Shown here in pieces: positions 60,529-64,000 of a stretch of 64,000 nucleotides of DNA (positions within the stretch are counted from its first letter, which is position 1; every line of letters begins with the position of its first letter). Below the pieces are notes generated by a model that saw only the letters and a program-made list of their open reading frames with translations, did no database searches and was not told the origin of the DNA. Source of the DNA: the human T2T-CHM13v2.0 reference genome, Homo sapiens; assembly GCF_009914755.1 (NCBI RefSeq), contig NC_060931.1; one strand, written 5' to 3'. Made by a program: the position numbers and the translations under genes.

Positions 60529-60848
60529 TAGGCATCCCCAGCCCCCAGGCCATGTTAGGAACCTGTTAGGAACCGAGCTGTGAGTGGCAGGTGAGTGAGC
60601 ATTACTGCCTAAGCTCCACCTCCTGTCAGATCAGCGATGCCATTAGATTCTCATAGGAGCGCGAGCCCTATTGTGAACTGTGCATCCGAGGGATCTACGT
60701 TGTATGTTCCTTATGAGAATCTAACTAATGCCTGATGGTCTGTAGTGGAGCAGTTTCATCCCAAAACCATCCCCTGCATCCCTGGGCTATGGAAAAATTG
60801 TCTTCCATGAAACCAGTCCCTAGTGCCAAAAAGGTTGTAGACTGCTGC
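60529..60848 (+). mobile_element. MER1B (hAT-Charlie) DNA transposon
   Basis: gagcattactgcctaagctccacctcctgtcagatcagc...aaaattgtcttccatgaaaccagtccctagtgccaaaaaggttg. Confidence 0.8.
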
Positions 60849-61235
60849 CCTACAGGCAAGTTCATCTAACCATGTGCTTAGAAGCTCCAGAGCGGAACTC
60901 TCTCCCACCACGAAGTTGCCTTGGCAGACAACAGTCCATCTGCAGCCCAAAGTGTGCCCGCTACGAAACTCTCCCCTACCTGGAGAGTTTTTGGCCACTT
61001 CTCCAATGTAGTTCTATCCACAAAGGTGCCAGCAGTCACCAGCTCAAGGGCCTGGTCATGCTAGCACCAAAGCTATCATGAAGAGCCCCCCAACCTGCTT
61101 GCTTCCTTCCCTGCATGTCACTCATGCCAAGCCCCCTTCTAAAAGCACCTGCCTTCTGCTCTAAAAGTGAAGGGATACCCTTAAGGCAGGAAGCCTGTAC
61201 TTCTCCCCCTAAGCTAGCTTTGGAATAAAAAGTCA

Positions 61236-61857
<622 letters not shown>

Positions 61858-62384
61858 AAAAAGTCACTTTCTTTATATCAGACTTTGCTCTTGTTCATCG
61901 GACTCTACAAGCAGCAAGTGACTGAACCCGCAATTCGGTTACACTCAGAACACTGACATTAGCCTACGGTTGGGCAAAATCATCTGGCAACACAGTACAC
62001 TGTACAGTATCATTGTTGACTCTCATGGTTGCCTGGCTGACTGGGAGTTGCAGCTCACTGCAAGAGAGTATCATACTGCATATCGCTTGCCCCGGAAAAG
62101 ATCAAAATTCAAAATTCGAAGTATGGTTTCTACTGAATGCATATCATGAAGTCAAAAAATCCTAAGTTGCACCATTGTAAGTCTGAGACTTTGTATGTAA
62201 TCTTTCATCCTCTGCCAGAAATATCTCTTCAGTAATTGTCCAGTGCTTTAAGTATATTTCCAGGGAGCTGGGGAGTAGCAGGGCAAAGGGCCTTGGGCAG
62301 AATGGTCTATGCCTTTGTGCCTCCGAATTTCATCTGTCAAATAGAAAAAAGAATCCAGGTCAGATGAGCAAATGGAATCGTGTC

Positions 62385-62664
62385 AAAGTGCTCAGCAAAC
62401 AATAATGTACAAGAAAGTGCTTAGCAAACAATAATGTACACGAAAGTGCTTAGCAAACAATAGTGTACATGAAAGTGCTTAGCAAACAATAATGTACACG
62501 AAAGTGCTAGCAAACAATAATGTACACGAAAGTGCGTAGCAAACACTAAGGTACACAAAAGTGCTTAGCAAACAATAATGTACACGAAAGTGCTTAGCAA
62601 ACGATAAGGTACACGAAAGTGCTTAGCAAACAATAATGTACATGAAAGTGCTTAGCAAACAATA
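62385..62664. repeat. 29-bp minisatellite, 9 full copies plus 1 partial
   Basis: unit aaagtgcttagcaaacaataatgtacacg. Confidence 0.95.
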
Positions 62665-63231
62665 GAAGTGTTAATACCACCTGCATTCTTGCAATAGCAC
62701 TGAAACTACAACTTCAGTGACACTCTGGTTCTAAGCATGATTTTCAGTTATTCCCAAGGAACTGAAGTTGATGTAGCAGTGAATGTCCCAGGAGCAATTA
62801 GACCCACTTCACTTCTCTTGATTGTCATTTAATATTCTTTTATTAAGCATCAGTTGTGAGTGCAACCTGGAGAACCACTTGATGTCAGAGACATCAGAAC
62901 TGAGCTCAAGAGACACTCAGATACCTGATCCAGACCTCAAAGGAAAGATCTGTCCAAAGTTGAGAAACTAAGAGAATGATCTGTCCACCTAGACAACGCC
63001 AGGCCCTAGGAGAAAGTCTGTCCACTCAGACCCTACAGGAGAAGCTCAGGGAACAGTTTGACCACACAGGAGCTGCTGAAGAACAGCCAGTCATAGGTGT
63101 GGGGGGAGAAGCGTGCCGGGAAAGAGGCAGGAAGAAGATGTGCTTCCAGGGGGGCAGAAGTTAATGGCGCCCAATGCAGCTGAGATTGCAAGTATGACAC
63201 AGACTGAGAATTACCCATTGGGTTTGGGCCA

Positions 63232-63603
63232 TGATGTGGTTTGGTTGTGTCCCCACCCAAATCTCATTTTGAATTGTAGTTCCCATAATCCCCATGTGTC
63301 ACAGGAGGGACCCAGTGGGAGGTAATCGAATCATGTGGGCAGTTACCTTCATGTTCTCATGATAGTGAGTGAGTTCTCATGAAGGCTGATGGTTTTATAA
63401 AGGCTTTTCCCCCTTTTGCTCGGCACTTCTCCTTGCTGCTGCCATGTGAAGAAGGACATGTTTGCTTACCCTTCCACCATGATTGTAAGTTTCCTGGGGC
63501 CTCCCCAGCCATGCTGAACTGTGAGTTAATTAAACCTCTTTCCTTTACAAGTCACCCAGTCTCGGGTATAACTTTATTAGCAGCATGAGAACAGACTAAT
63601 ACA
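63232..63603 (+). mobile_element. THE1/MST (MaLR) solo LTR
   Basis: tgatgtggtttggttgtgtccccacccaaatctc...cagactaataca. Confidence 0.88.
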
Positions 63604-63719
63604 CCCCATGTTCCATCTCATTTCATCTTCAAGCACCCCTCTGGAGATGGGTTCAGAGAGGCAAGTGGCTTGCCAAAGGTCACACAGGTGAGAGGAGCCA
63701 GAGGCAGAATTTAGAGGCT

Positions 63720-64000
63720 GGCCAGGCACAGTGGCTCATACCTGTAATCCCAACACTTTGGGAGACTGAGGTGGGAAGATCACTTGAGGCCGCAAGCTCA
63801 AGACCGAGCCTGGGCCACATAGCAAGACCCCATCTCTACAAACGAAAAAGAAAAAATGATCCGGGCATGGTGGTGCATGCCTGTTGTCCCAGTTACTCAA
63901 GAGGCTGAGGTGGGAGGATCACTTGAGCCCAGGAAGTTGAGGCTGCTGTGAGCCATGATCACGAGACTGCACTCCAGCCTGGGCGACAGAGTGACACTCT
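63720..64000 (+). mobile_element. AluJ
   Basis: Alu consensus running to the window edge. Confidence 0.9.

Noticed and set aside
62385-62664. 29-bp repeats resembling a CRISPR array; they contain AAAGTGC, a miR-17-family seed
   Set aside because: Units are head-to-tail with no unique spacers, no cas genes, eukaryotic context, and no pre-miRNA hairpin

Overview
This is primate, almost certainly human, genomic DNA that is very rich in Alu elements; it contains no prokaryotic-type system. It holds one protein-coding gene, MYL10 (myosin regulatory light chain 10, PLRLC), on the minus strand; from memory this is 7q22.1 between COL26A1 and CUX1. Six RLC-core coding exons can be read with canonical GT-AG boundaries (24136-24044, 22944-22869, 22072-21968, 16170-16092, 13582-13534, 13445-13347). 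Two Alu-derived in-frame exons (29002-28925, 23893-23792) bring the product to 226 aa. Main observations: (1) a candidate ancestral ATG-only first exon with a TATTTAA box at ~27363-27430, which would give a clean, Alu-free 167-aa RLC; (2) an ERV1 solo LTR inserted inside the Alu that supplies the alternative start codon; (3) two local inversions (~31.7-35.2 kb and ~54.9-56.2 kb), shown by split LTRs whose target-site duplications (TSDs) are now inverted; (4) minisatellites carrying repeated transcription-factor motifs, plus several candidate regulatory elements. Almost all ORFs in the supplied track are Alu, low-complexity or GC-rich artefacts. Repeat family names and some boundaries were assigned by eye from remembered consensus sequences and need RepeatMasker/Dfam confirmation.
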